A stretch of 34,745 nucleotides of DNA. Source: a virus. The notes beneath the pieces were generated by a model. It searched no databases and had not been told where the DNA came from. It was given only the letters and a program-made list of their open reading frames with translations. The stretch lies in IMG/VR virus record IMGVR_UViG_3300023210_000004; one strand, given 5' to 3'. A program made the translations under genes and the position numbers. Positions 6,001 to 13,367 of the stretch are shown here, one piece after another. The number at the start of each line of letters is the position of its first letter. The stretch's first letter is position 1.

Positions 6001-6923
6001 AGCGTTTAGGAGATGAAGTTGAAAAGATCACTTTCTATTTAGAAGAGTTGAAGAGAGTACGAAACGAGATACCAGCCACTCAAAAGCAAAAAAGAGTCTA
6101 TGAAGACTTTCGTCATTTGAATCACTCGAACCTTGAAGAGCATGACTGGGTGCTTTCACAAACTGCATACTTTAAAACAAAAGAAATCCCATACTGCGGC
6201 CGATGTGGAGAAGGCTTTATCTATTCTGTTGATGAGAATAGAAATAGGACAGCAAAGGTTTGTGACTATTGTGAGCGACCAAGAAGACGTTTAAAGCGTT
6301 TAAATGACTTACAGCTTCCTAAAGATGCCGAGGGCATGCACTTAGATCTTTATGAATGGGACAGTCAAGAGCAGTTTGAAAGAGTCAATGCTTTGGTCGA
6401 GTGGATGAACCTTACCAAGGAAGAGCGAGGTAAAGCAGTTTCTCCAAGTATTTATTTATGGGGATCGCCAGGCAATGGCAAAACATCAATACTCTATGCG
6501 CTCGCAAAATATGCAACGTTCAATGATCACAAAGTACACTTCACTTCACATACTCAGTTGATCGATCGAATCAAACGAACATTCAATGGCAAAGATGATA
6601 ATCCTCTTGAGCAGTGGTTAAGCCAAATCAACCTTTTGCTCTTTGATGAGTTCGGCGGGATTGGTGGAAGAGCTAATATGACAGACTGGTTTAAAAGCAT
6701 CACCGTAGATATTATACAAAGAATGTATGAGAGATGGGCGGCGGGTGAGCTCGCTATTGTCATGACAACTAATCTGACTCCTGAAGATCTATTCACTAAA
6801 GCACTCGACCAGAACAGAGCAAGCGCATCAAGGCTTCAAGCAATGTTCAAGCGACCTATCCATATGAAGGGCCATGACAGAAGAGCAGATAAGAAGGAAT
6901 TAACTTATTGGGGAGTGAGATAA
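5997..6923 (+). CDS. DnaC/IstB-like AAA+ helicase loader with an N-terminal zinc ribbon
   Basis: Walker A GSPGNGKTS, Walker B LLLFDEFG, and CGRCGEG...CDYCERP (CxxC...CxxC). Confidence 0.7.
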   Translation: MKRLGDEVEKITFYLEELKRVRNEIPATQKQKRVYEDFRHLNHSNLEEHDWVLSQTAYFKTKEIPYCGRCGEGFIYSVDENRNRTAKVCDYCERPRRRLKRLNDLQLPKDAEGMHLDLYEWDSQEQFERVNALVEWMNLTKEERGKAVSPSIYLWGSPGNGKTSILYALAKYATFNDHKVHFTSHTQLIDRIKRTFNGKDDNPLEQWLSQINLLLFDEFGGIGGRANMTDWFKSITVDIIQRMYERWAAGELAIVMTTNLTPEDLFTKALDQNRASASRLQAMFKRPIHMKGHDRRADKKELTYWGVR

Positions 6924-7107
6924 TTTATCTATCATCATCGCTGATAATCATCTATACTCTCTCCTGTAGGCCTTATTTATTTTAATACATGGACAGAAAT
7001 GGAAGTGTATAAGAAGATGAGCATCCTCTATTCAATGCAGGGGCCTACACTCTTATTGACTTCACAGGTAAGACATAGTACACCCACAAAAAGAAGGGAG
7101 TAACCAA

Positions 7108-7374
7108 ATGAGAAAACAGCCTTTAACAATCAAGCTTAATCAATCCACCAAGGATCAATTGGCTATACTTGCTGAGCGACATAAGCGAACATCGAGCGAT
7201 GTGGCCCGCTTATTATTGGAGTATAGCCTTGAAAAATACCGAAGATCTAAAGAAGGAAATAAAGCAGGCGTTGATTTACTTCGACTTTTGGAACTCTCAG
7301 AGACATCTCCCAACGGCAGCTCCCAACGGCAGCTCAGAGTGCTGATTACTTTTCAACTAGACTCAAACGATTAA
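7108..7374 (+). CDS. Ribbon-helix-helix (CopG/Arc-like) DNA-binding protein
   Basis: PLTIKLNQSTKDQLAILAERHKRTSSDVARLLLEYSL fits a beta-strand plus two helices. GGGAG SD. The 3' end carries a 13-bp tandem duplication. Confidence 0.5.
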   Translation: MRKQPLTIKLNQSTKDQLAILAERHKRTSSDVARLLLEYSLEKYRRSKEGNKAGVDLLRLLELSETSPNGSSQRQLRVLITFQLDSND

Positions 7375-7386
7375 GAGGAGAACTCA

Positions 7387-7743
7387 ATGGCAAGCATCAA
7401 CTTAATAACACTCATCGGGAAAGTAGTAGGCTACCCAAAACCACATCAAACGAAATACTCGAAATATTTGGAGGTGAAACTACAGACTGAAGACACTTGG
7501 AAAGTAGGTCAAGAATACAAGGTTGTCCCTGAGCAACACACTGTAAGACTTTATGGGAAGCTCGCTGAAGAAACTATTGGCGAGCTTGAACCTAATGATA
7601 GGATCTATGTTGAAGGCTCAATCAAGACAATCGAGAAAATGAAACACGTTAATGTGAGAACATATCGGCTAATGGCGAAGCGGTCACCTGGTGACCTACT
7701 ACCGCCTGATGTAACCATCGAGCCAAAAGGTAAATGGAACTGA
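7387..7743 (+). CDS. ssb: Single-stranded DNA-binding protein (OB fold), short form without an acidic tail
   Basis: MASINLITLIGKVVGYPKP...HTVRLYGKLAEE...DRIYVEGSIKT matches the canonical SSB N-terminal pattern (NkvxLiGnlgxdPe...vvxfgklAe...vyveGxl). Confidence 0.65.
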   Translation: MASINLITLIGKVVGYPKPHQTKYSKYLEVKLQTEDTWKVGQEYKVVPEQHTVRLYGKLAEETIGELEPNDRIYVEGSIKTIEKMKHVNVRTYRLMAKRSPGDLLPPDVTIEPKGKWN

Positions 7744-7744
7744 T

Positions 7745-7776
7745 ACTAATAAACTGACAAAGGAAAACTGACATGA
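7745..7776 (+). repeat. 32-nt leader element ACTAATAAACTGACAAAGGAAAACTGACATGA, inverted twin of 4296..4327
   Basis: Perfect identity to the reverse complement of 4296..4327. It covers TAATAA, the SD and the ATG of the GHKL ATPase gene. Confidence 0.9.
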
Positions 7777-9752
7777 TTAAAATGGAAGACAAGAACGTAA
7801 TCGCAGGACTTGAGCGAACTTACCGAACAATGAACCCCGCTCAATATGTAAGAGAGATCTATCAAAACAGCGTTGAGGCAGGTGCTCAAAATGTGCGCTT
7901 TACATATGACAAGCTAGCACAGCGAACCACAAGCATATATAAAGCCATTGGATTAGATGATGGCCCTGGTATTCCAAAAGATAAAATATTGGAACTTATC
8001 AACAATAAGAACAGCTCATCAAAAAAGGTTGGCGGAGAAGAAGACAACTTTGGAGTAGGCTTAAAAGTCTCAGCACTCCCAAGAAATCAATATGGTTTGA
8101 TTGTCTTATGCCAAACTAAAGAGCATCCAAGAGGCTTCATGATATGGATGGCCTATGATCAAAGCGAAGATGGAGAGAAGAGCGCTGGTGTTAAAGGACT
8201 AACAAGTGATGAATGTTGGCGCAGTCATTTAGATGAAGACGCTGAACTGTTCATTGACCATGTGGTGGACTTTCAAGAGGTAATAGATCGCCAATATGGA
8301 TCTTATGTAATTGATGGGATTGATTGGCTGAAGTGGTGGAGCATCAACAGGCTTAATAAAAAGCACACCACTGGTACAGCAGTAGTCATGCTTGGCAATC
8401 ATCCACAAGAAAACACTCTTGAACATTTGCAAACTAAAGGCACAGCTTTTTTAAGGTCAAGATATTTAACTTTTAACAATGTTCGACCTAATGTCCCTAA
8501 AACAGACGGGCGTGATATAATAGCCGATGGAGTGTCAACCTATAGAATAAATAACCCTATACAGGCACTATTAAAAAAGACTGTGCAAAGTTGGAAACTT
8601 AAACATAAAGAGTGGACTCTTTTGGTTTTTTTAAAAAAACCAGTAGAAAAGAGGGAAACCACTGCTGACCGTACACCGCTTATAAGTCAGAAGTTTACTG
8701 AGGCCACTGTTTATAAGAATGAACTTTATGGTGACTTTGAGACAATCACAGCACAATCAAGAGCGGCCTTAAGTCGATCATGGGGCCTTTGGTCAAAGAA
8801 GGTATCAAAGAGAATCACGCTATTGATTCAGCCACCAGCATACACGACAGAGACAAAGTGTGGTGTTTATCCAAATGAGGCAAGATCAACTCTATCTTGG
8901 AAAGATTCAGAAGAAGCGCAACCAACCACAACGCTTCCAATTGATGAACTAAAAGCTTTCTTTCAGAAGAATATGCCTGAAGAGATCAAAGATCTTTTGC
9001 TTGAAGTGGCGATTGAGGATCTAACAAATATTACAAAATCAAAGGCCGCTGAAGACTATGATAAGTGGTTAAAGATTCCAAAGGATGGCCGAAAGATTAA
9101 AGCAGGTAATGGTTTATTAATCTCACATTCATCAGGTGATCAACTTGGTGGTGACTCTATTGATGATCTATTTAATCCTAAGTCAGACCAAGAGTCTGTT
9201 GACTCTGACCTTAACCCGCCAAATCCACCAAAGCCACCAAAGCCACCGCTCACCAAAGAAGAGCTTGAACAGAAAGAAGCAAAGCGAAAAGCAAGGCAAG
9301 CGCAAGAAGCAAAGCGGAAAGAGTCTCCAACAGTACGCTTCATCAGACAAAGCAATGAAGACGCTGAAGGACGTTTTAAGTTAGATGGTATTTGGCAAGC
9401 GGCCTTTTATCAGCCTCCAAGCGTAAGCGGTGAGCAAGGTAATATTCTTTGGGTAAATCAAGACCATGATCTATTTCGTGGGTATGTTACCGCCGCTTAT
9501 GATGAGCTAGTGAAAAGAAAAACTCCAATGCCAAAAACCGCTATAGTTGAGCACGTTGTGAAGCCTTTTTGGGAAGAGTATGCACCTTGCGCAATTCAAC
9601 ACGCCAAAGGTCTTCCCAGTTCTAAGAAAGACAAAGACACGTTCTCACCCGAGCGTTTAACTTGGCTCTTCCTTGGATCAGTTCACTTCTTGTTTCCCAA
9701 GCTTCGTGAGTATTATAAAAAGTACTCTAGGATTGAAGATGCAATTGCATGA
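7773..9752 (+). CDS. GHKL-superfamily ATPase (MutL/MORC-like Bergerat fold) with a large uncharacterised C-terminal region
   Basis: Motif I REIYQNSVEAGAQNV (compare MutL ELVENSLDAGA), motif II LDDGPGI, motif III NFGVGLKVS. Pro/Lys linker PNPPKPPKPP and a KE-rich helix are followed by a further ~130-aa C-terminal region. Confidence 0.65.
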   Translation: MIKMEDKNVIAGLERTYRTMNPAQYVREIYQNSVEAGAQNVRFTYDKLAQRTTSIYKAIGLDDGPGIPKDKILELINNKNSSSKKVGGEEDNFGVGLKVSALPRNQYGLIVLCQTKEHPRGFMIWMAYDQSEDGEKSAGVKGLTSDECWRSHLDEDAELFIDHVVDFQEVIDRQYGSYVIDGIDWLKWWSINRLNKKHTTGTAVVMLGNHPQENTLEHLQTKGTAFLRSRYLTFNNVRPNVPKTDGRDIIADGVSTYRINNPIQALLKKTVQSWKLKHKEWTLLVFLKKPVEKRETTADRTPLISQKFTEATVYKNELYGDFETITAQSRAALSRSWGLWSKKVSKRITLLIQPPAYTTETKCGVYPNEARSTLSWKDSEEAQPTTTLPIDELKAFFQKNMPEEIKDLLLEVAIEDLTNITKSKAAEDYDKWLKIPKDGRKIKAGNGLLISHSSGDQLGGDSIDDLFNPKSDQESVDSDLNPPNPPKPPKPPLTKEELEQKEAKRKARQAQEAKRKESPTVRFIRQSNEDAEGRFKLDGIWQAAFYQPPSVSGEQGNILWVNQDHDLFRGYVTAAYDELVKRKTPMPKTAIVEHVVKPFWEEYAPCAIQHAKGLPSSKKDKDTFSPERLTWLFLGSVHFLFPKLREYYKKYSRIEDAIA

Positions 9753-9790
9753 TAATCGACATGCGACCGACAGCCACCAAAGGAGAAGCT

Positions 9791-10111
9791 ATGACTGATG
9801 ATGAACTACAAGCGTTTGTTTTAGATCTACACCATCGAAGCTTTAGCATTGATGACATAGCTCTTCAGATAACCAAAGAGCTTGGCATGGTGTTAAAGAT
9901 GGATGACGTGAAGAACATCTTGCAGTCTGCTATAGTGGGCGAAATGAATGTAATACGCGCGCGTGAAGAGCTTGTCTTGAAGTCACTTTGTGAGATCAAA
10001 AGGCGTCTTGTTGATCGTGACAACTCACCACTTCAAAAGGAAAGTGAAGCGCTTTATCAGACAATTCATTCAGTGATTGGAGAACATTATGGCTGGAAAG
10101 AAGCCAAATAA
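9791..10111 (+). CDS. Hypothetical protein (the ORF is open from 9749; ATG 9791 has AAGGAG 6 nt upstream)
   Basis: The ORF track plus SD placement. No recognisable motif. Confidence 0.5.
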   Translation: MTDDELQAFVLDLHHRSFSIDDIALQITKELGMVLKMDDVKNILQSAIVGEMNVIRAREELVLKSLCEIKRRLVDRDNSPLQKESEALYQTIHSVIGEHYGWKEAK

Positions 10112-10556
10112 GAAGCCAGGCAGGAAGCCAAGCAGGAAGCCAAAAGACCGAGCGGTTAGAGATAGTCTCTTGGAAAACTTACGTACTGGCATGACAGTCA
10201 AGGCAGCTTATACACAGTCAGGAGTCTCAGAGACAACTTACTATCGTTGGATATCAGATGATCAAGAGTGGGCTGAAGAAGTGGCGGCCGCTGTTCGCTT
10301 TAGTGAAGCGGTTATGCTTTCAAAGCTCGACCGCTGTGTAGATGATAAGATGGATTGGCGAGGATGGGCATGGCGTTTATCCAAAAGATTCCCTTTGGAG
10401 TATGGCGACTTAAAGCAGGTTGATCTTAACGTCACTAAACAATCCGATGGATCGGCTGAAGTCTTATCAATGATGAAACAGATTGAAGCGCTACATGCTA
10501 AAAACGAAACAACCTCATCACTAACAGCAGATAGTGATGAGGTCGGCCCTGGCTAA
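10089..10556 (+). CDS. Putative terminase small subunit (basic N-terminus plus HTH)
   Basis: KKPNKKPGRKPSRKPK, then GMTVKAAYTQSGVSETTYYRWISDD (HTH-like). It lies directly upstream of the large terminase. The ORF track start at 10077 is TTG, and ATG 10089 has GGAG upstream. Confidence 0.5.
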   Translation: MAGKKPNKKPGRKPSRKPKDRAVRDSLLENLRTGMTVKAAYTQSGVSETTYYRWISDDQEWAEEVAAAVRFSEAVMLSKLDRCVDDKMDWRGWAWRLSKRFPLEYGDLKQVDLNVTKQSDGSAEVLSMMKQIEALHAKNETTSSLTADSDEVGPG

Positions 10557-10571
10557 CAAAGGAGGCCTGAC

Positions 10572-10619
10572 ATGACACCCGTTGATAACTTCAATCAACA
10601 TAAGATAGATCATGACTGA
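10572..10619 (+). CDS. 15-codon leader ORF overlapping the large-terminase start (possible translational coupling device)
   Basis: AAAGGAGGCCTGACATG is a strong SD/ATG. ATG ACA CCC ... CAT GAC TGA ends at 10617..10619 and overlaps ATG 10612, which has no SD of its own. Confidence 0.35.
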   Translation: MTPVDNFNQHKIDHD

Positions 10620-11982
10620 CATCAAGCTAAATGAACTTCAACTAAACATCATCAGCGCTATCTCAAGACGAGATACGATAATTGCGGCGAGGTGTGGATG
10701 GGGTAGCGGTAAGACTTCAGCGCTTGTATTCTCCATCTTATTCTTGAGCAAGACAAGACCTGGCACGTCGTCACTATTAGTCACTGATACTACTCCAAGA
10801 TACAACTCTGTTTTAATGCCAGAGATGGAGAAGTGGCTGAATCCTCTTGGATGGACTTACAACCACACGCTTAAAAGATGGACTGATACAAACAACGGTT
10901 CAAGCGTTTGGTGTCGGTCGTATTATCGACCAGGCACAAGAGAAGCGACTCACAATCCACTGGAAGGATTGAATGTGACAAGTGGAGTCTGCTTGATCGA
11001 TGAATGTCAAACGCTCAATCAAGAGGTAGCTCACAAAGCTCTTGGTCGATTAAGAGCTGGGCCAAGTCCAATCTTGATTCTGGTTGGCCTGCCTGTGGTT
11101 GATGCGTGGTGGGTCAATATGTCAGAGAAGCAAGGACTAATCCCGCTCTTGTTCTCAAGCTATGTCAACCAAGACAATCTCGCTGATGAGTGGTTTGAAG
11201 CAACCAAGATGCTTCCACCTGATGAACGTGAAGCCATGATTATGAACAAGCCAAAACCACCGAGCGGATTGATCTACTCTGAGTTTACAGAAGCAAGTCA
11301 TGTTATCGATGGTTGGAGTTATAGAGAGAGCATGACTGGCAGGATTGCCATTGATTGGGGATTCAGGAAACCAAGTGTATTGATCATTTGCTATGATGAG
11401 CAACTTGAAGCATCCGTCATTTGTCATGAGATCAATCCAAGAGAAGTTACCACCGACCAACTAACAACTTTAATACTCGCCATTGCTTGGCCAAGGTCAC
11501 AGCGAGACAAAGCACCAGGGCCTAGAATATGGCTAGATGTTGGAGTGGCTGACAAGGCGGGCAAGGCTCGCAATGATCAAACAGGCCATTCAACTTTTAA
11601 GGTGATGAGACAAGACCCACCAAGAGGTCTTGGACTTCCTTTGAGATATGCTCTTGATCCTGTCAAGATTGATGTGCTCAACGGTATTCAAAGATTAAAG
11701 CGAGCGTTTAATGAGAAGCGGTATCTACTCACCAAGACGCTATGGGACAAAGGCGAAAGATCAGCGGGCAATAGTTTAAGGAAAGCACTTCTCTCTTACG
11801 GATGGGATAACAAAGAGCAGCCCAAGAAGGATGGCCGAGAAGACCCGCTTGACGCTCTTCGATATGACTGCATAACTTTTAACTGGAATGATAGTGCAGT
11901 AGATAAGAAGTACACACCACGCCGCCAAGGTGGCGGTAATAGAAAAGTTAAAGTTGGCGGATCAAAGGCAAGGAACTTTTAA
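10612..11982 (+). CDS. terL: Terminase large subunit
   Basis: Walker A CGWGSGKTS, Walker B-like VCLIDECQ. 456 aa, with a C-terminal nuclease-like region (IAIDWGF, DPLDALRYD). Its position is next to the head genes. Confidence 0.85.
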   Translation: MTDIKLNELQLNIISAISRRDTIIAARCGWGSGKTSALVFSILFLSKTRPGTSSLLVTDTTPRYNSVLMPEMEKWLNPLGWTYNHTLKRWTDTNNGSSVWCRSYYRPGTREATHNPLEGLNVTSGVCLIDECQTLNQEVAHKALGRLRAGPSPILILVGLPVVDAWWVNMSEKQGLIPLLFSSYVNQDNLADEWFEATKMLPPDEREAMIMNKPKPPSGLIYSEFTEASHVIDGWSYRESMTGRIAIDWGFRKPSVLIICYDEQLEASVICHEINPREVTTDQLTTLILAIAWPRSQRDKAPGPRIWLDVGVADKAGKARNDQTGHSTFKVMRQDPPRGLGLPLRYALDPVKIDVLNGIQRLKRAFNEKRYLLTKTLWDKGERSAGNSLRKALLSYGWDNKEQPKKDGREDPLDALRYDCITFNWNDSAVDKKYTPRRQGGGNRKVKVGGSKARNF

Positions 11983-12659
11983 TGAGAATAAATGTATACG
12001 ATGATAATATTGGTCATGTTCTATTGGTCGATAATATGGGTAATGACCTAAGAGCGGTTGAAAGTGCTAGAGTTAGTTTTCTACTCGACAGCTTAGACCA
12101 CACTGAACCAACTGACAGAGATAAGCGTTTACTTAAGTTCTTACTGAAAGAGGGCCATACTAGTCCTTTCGAGCATAGCGTGATCACCTTTCGTCTTCAC
12201 GTTCCTTTGTTTGTCAGGTCGCAAATTATGAGGCATAGAACCTTTTCTTATAATGAAGTATCAAGGCGATATACTAGCGAAGAACTTCAAGCGTTTATCC
12301 CTTCAACACTGAGAGCACAATCAAAGAAAAATCTACAATGCAGTGATGGCGAACTTGAAAACCATGACGTTCCACTTAAGAGAATGACTGAACACATTAA
12401 TGCTTCGCTCGCTTTATATAATCGTTTACTTGATACAGGTGTGGCAAGAGAACAAGCGAGAGCCATCTTGCCTCAAGCGATGTACACCACATTTTGGATG
12501 ACTGGTAACCTCCATAACTGGCTCAAGTTCTTTCGACTTCGTACCACTGATCACGCTCAAGAAGAGACTCGCCTAGTTGCTTTAGCTATCCAAGATATAA
12601 TGATGAAGCTATATCCAACCACGTTTGACATACTTAAACAGCTGAATGATCAAGAATAA
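11982..12659 (+). CDS. thyX: FAD-dependent thymidylate synthase ThyX
   Basis: The ThyX signature RHRxxSxxxxSxR is present as MRHRTFSYNEVSRRY. SPFEH motif. About 225 aa. Confidence 0.9.
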   Translation: MRINVYDDNIGHVLLVDNMGNDLRAVESARVSFLLDSLDHTEPTDRDKRLLKFLLKEGHTSPFEHSVITFRLHVPLFVRSQIMRHRTFSYNEVSRRYTSEELQAFIPSTLRAQSKKNLQCSDGELENHDVPLKRMTEHINASLALYNRLLDTGVAREQARAILPQAMYTTFWMTGNLHNWLKFFRLRTTDHAQEETRLVALAIQDIMMKLYPTTFDILKQLNDQE

Positions 12660-13101
12660 ACATATTAAAGTTAGGCTTGCTCAATGTGACTTAATCGCTA
12701 GCCTGTCCCCTTGCCCAAGACGCAAGGTGGGAGCATTGATCATTGATCCATCAACTAACGTTATTATAAGTGAAGGATATAATGGGACACCAAGAGGTTC
12801 AAAAGATCAGCTATGTGGTGGCGATGTATGCGAGCGAGAAGCTAAACACATTATAAGCGGATCACAGAATGATCTTGGCTGTCATCATGCTGAACTTAAC
12901 GCTATACTTAATGCCACCAGGACAGGCAACTCAACACTTGATAAGTGGATCATGACCAATTGCGATCCTTGTTTAATGTGCGCTAAAGCTATCCATCACG
13001 CTGGCATTGTTAAGGTCTACTGTCCAACATTAGCCAAAGGCGATCATCAAGAAGGCCTAACTTATCTTATTAAGAATGGCGTGACTCTTATATCTATTTG
13101 A
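12646..13101 (+). CDS. dCMP deaminase (cytidine/deoxycytidylate deaminase zinc-binding fold)
   Basis: CHHAELNAI (HAE) and PCLMCAKAI (PCxxC) zinc ligands. GYNGTPRG is typical of the dCMP deaminase/ComEB group. Confidence 0.85.
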   Translation: MIKNKHIKVRLAQCDLIASLSPCPRRKVGALIIDPSTNVIISEGYNGTPRGSKDQLCGGDVCEREAKHIISGSQNDLGCHHAELNAILNATRTGNSTLDKWIMTNCDPCLMCAKAIHHAGIVKVYCPTLAKGDHQEGLTYLIKNGVTLISI

Positions 13102-13182
13102 CTTAGACTCTCCAAGCCACCGAGGGGATAGCCATTTTTGAAACACTTGGAGTATAAAACCAAGGTGGCATATGATTAAACT

Positions 13183-13260
13183 GTCATGCTTGCTCATGTT
13201 TTACAGGATAGGGATCAAGCTAATCAAATCGGTGAAACAGTTTTGGTGAGCAAGCATGAC
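13183..13260. promoter_or_regulatory. 14-bp perfect inverted repeat GTCATGCTTGCTCA ... TGAGCAAGCATGAC with a 50-nt spacer (possible RNA stem-loop or protein-binding site)
   Basis: Arms at 13183-13196 and 13247-13260, read directly. It lies in the only large non-coding gap of the late region. Confidence 0.6.
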
Positions 13261-13302
13261 CGTTGTAATCTATACAGTTAAATTATACTGAACAAGCTTT
13301 TA

Positions 13303-13332
13303 TTGATAAAATTGCTTCTTAGTGCTTATATT
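13303..13332 (+). promoter_or_regulatory. Candidate sigma70-type promoter for the structural operon: TTGATA, 17/18-nt spacer, TTATAT/TATATT
   Basis: TTGATAaaattgcttcttagtgcTTATATT lies 36 nt upstream of the portal ATG. Confidence 0.35.
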
Positions 13333-13367
13333 GTTATAGAGCACCTATACCATTAAGGGAGCACTTA

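Noticed and set aside
6965-7049. 8-bp inverted repeat TGTAGGCC / GGCCTACA and a 34-codon ORF (6999..7103) in the 184-nt gap before the RHH gene. A TTGACT box at 7056 was also noted.
   Set aside because: An 8-bp inverted repeat with a 69-nt spacer is within chance expectation for a 200-nt region. The mini-ORF has no convincing SD. TTGACT has no acceptable -10 hexamer at 16-18 nt spacing. A promoter probably exists here, but I cannot place it.
7077-7084. An isolated iteron half-site, AGTACACC, upstream of the RHH gene, considered as an extra initiator binding site
   Set aside because: About one occurrence of a given 8-mer is expected by chance in this genome, so it is not significant on its own.
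9190-9250. The PNPPKPPKPP-encoding CCACCAAAG repeats in the GHKL gene, considered as a slippage or phase-variation site
   Set aside because: There are only two to three short imperfect 9-nt units, and they are in frame. This looks like an ordinary proline-rich linker.
10077-10088. TTG start at 10077 for the small terminase gene, and similarly TTG 20242, TTG 30787 and GTG 31439 for their ORFs
   Set aside because: In each case the upstream extension overlaps the preceding gene, and an ATG with better SD spacing or a stop/start overlap lies a few codons downstream (10089, 20269, 30790 and 31448).
13102-13367. Possible tRNA gene in the non-coding gap
   Set aside because: I could not find a cloverleaf, a GTTCRANYC-type T-loop, or a matching acceptor stem. 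The 14-bp stem with a 50-nt loop is not tRNA-like.
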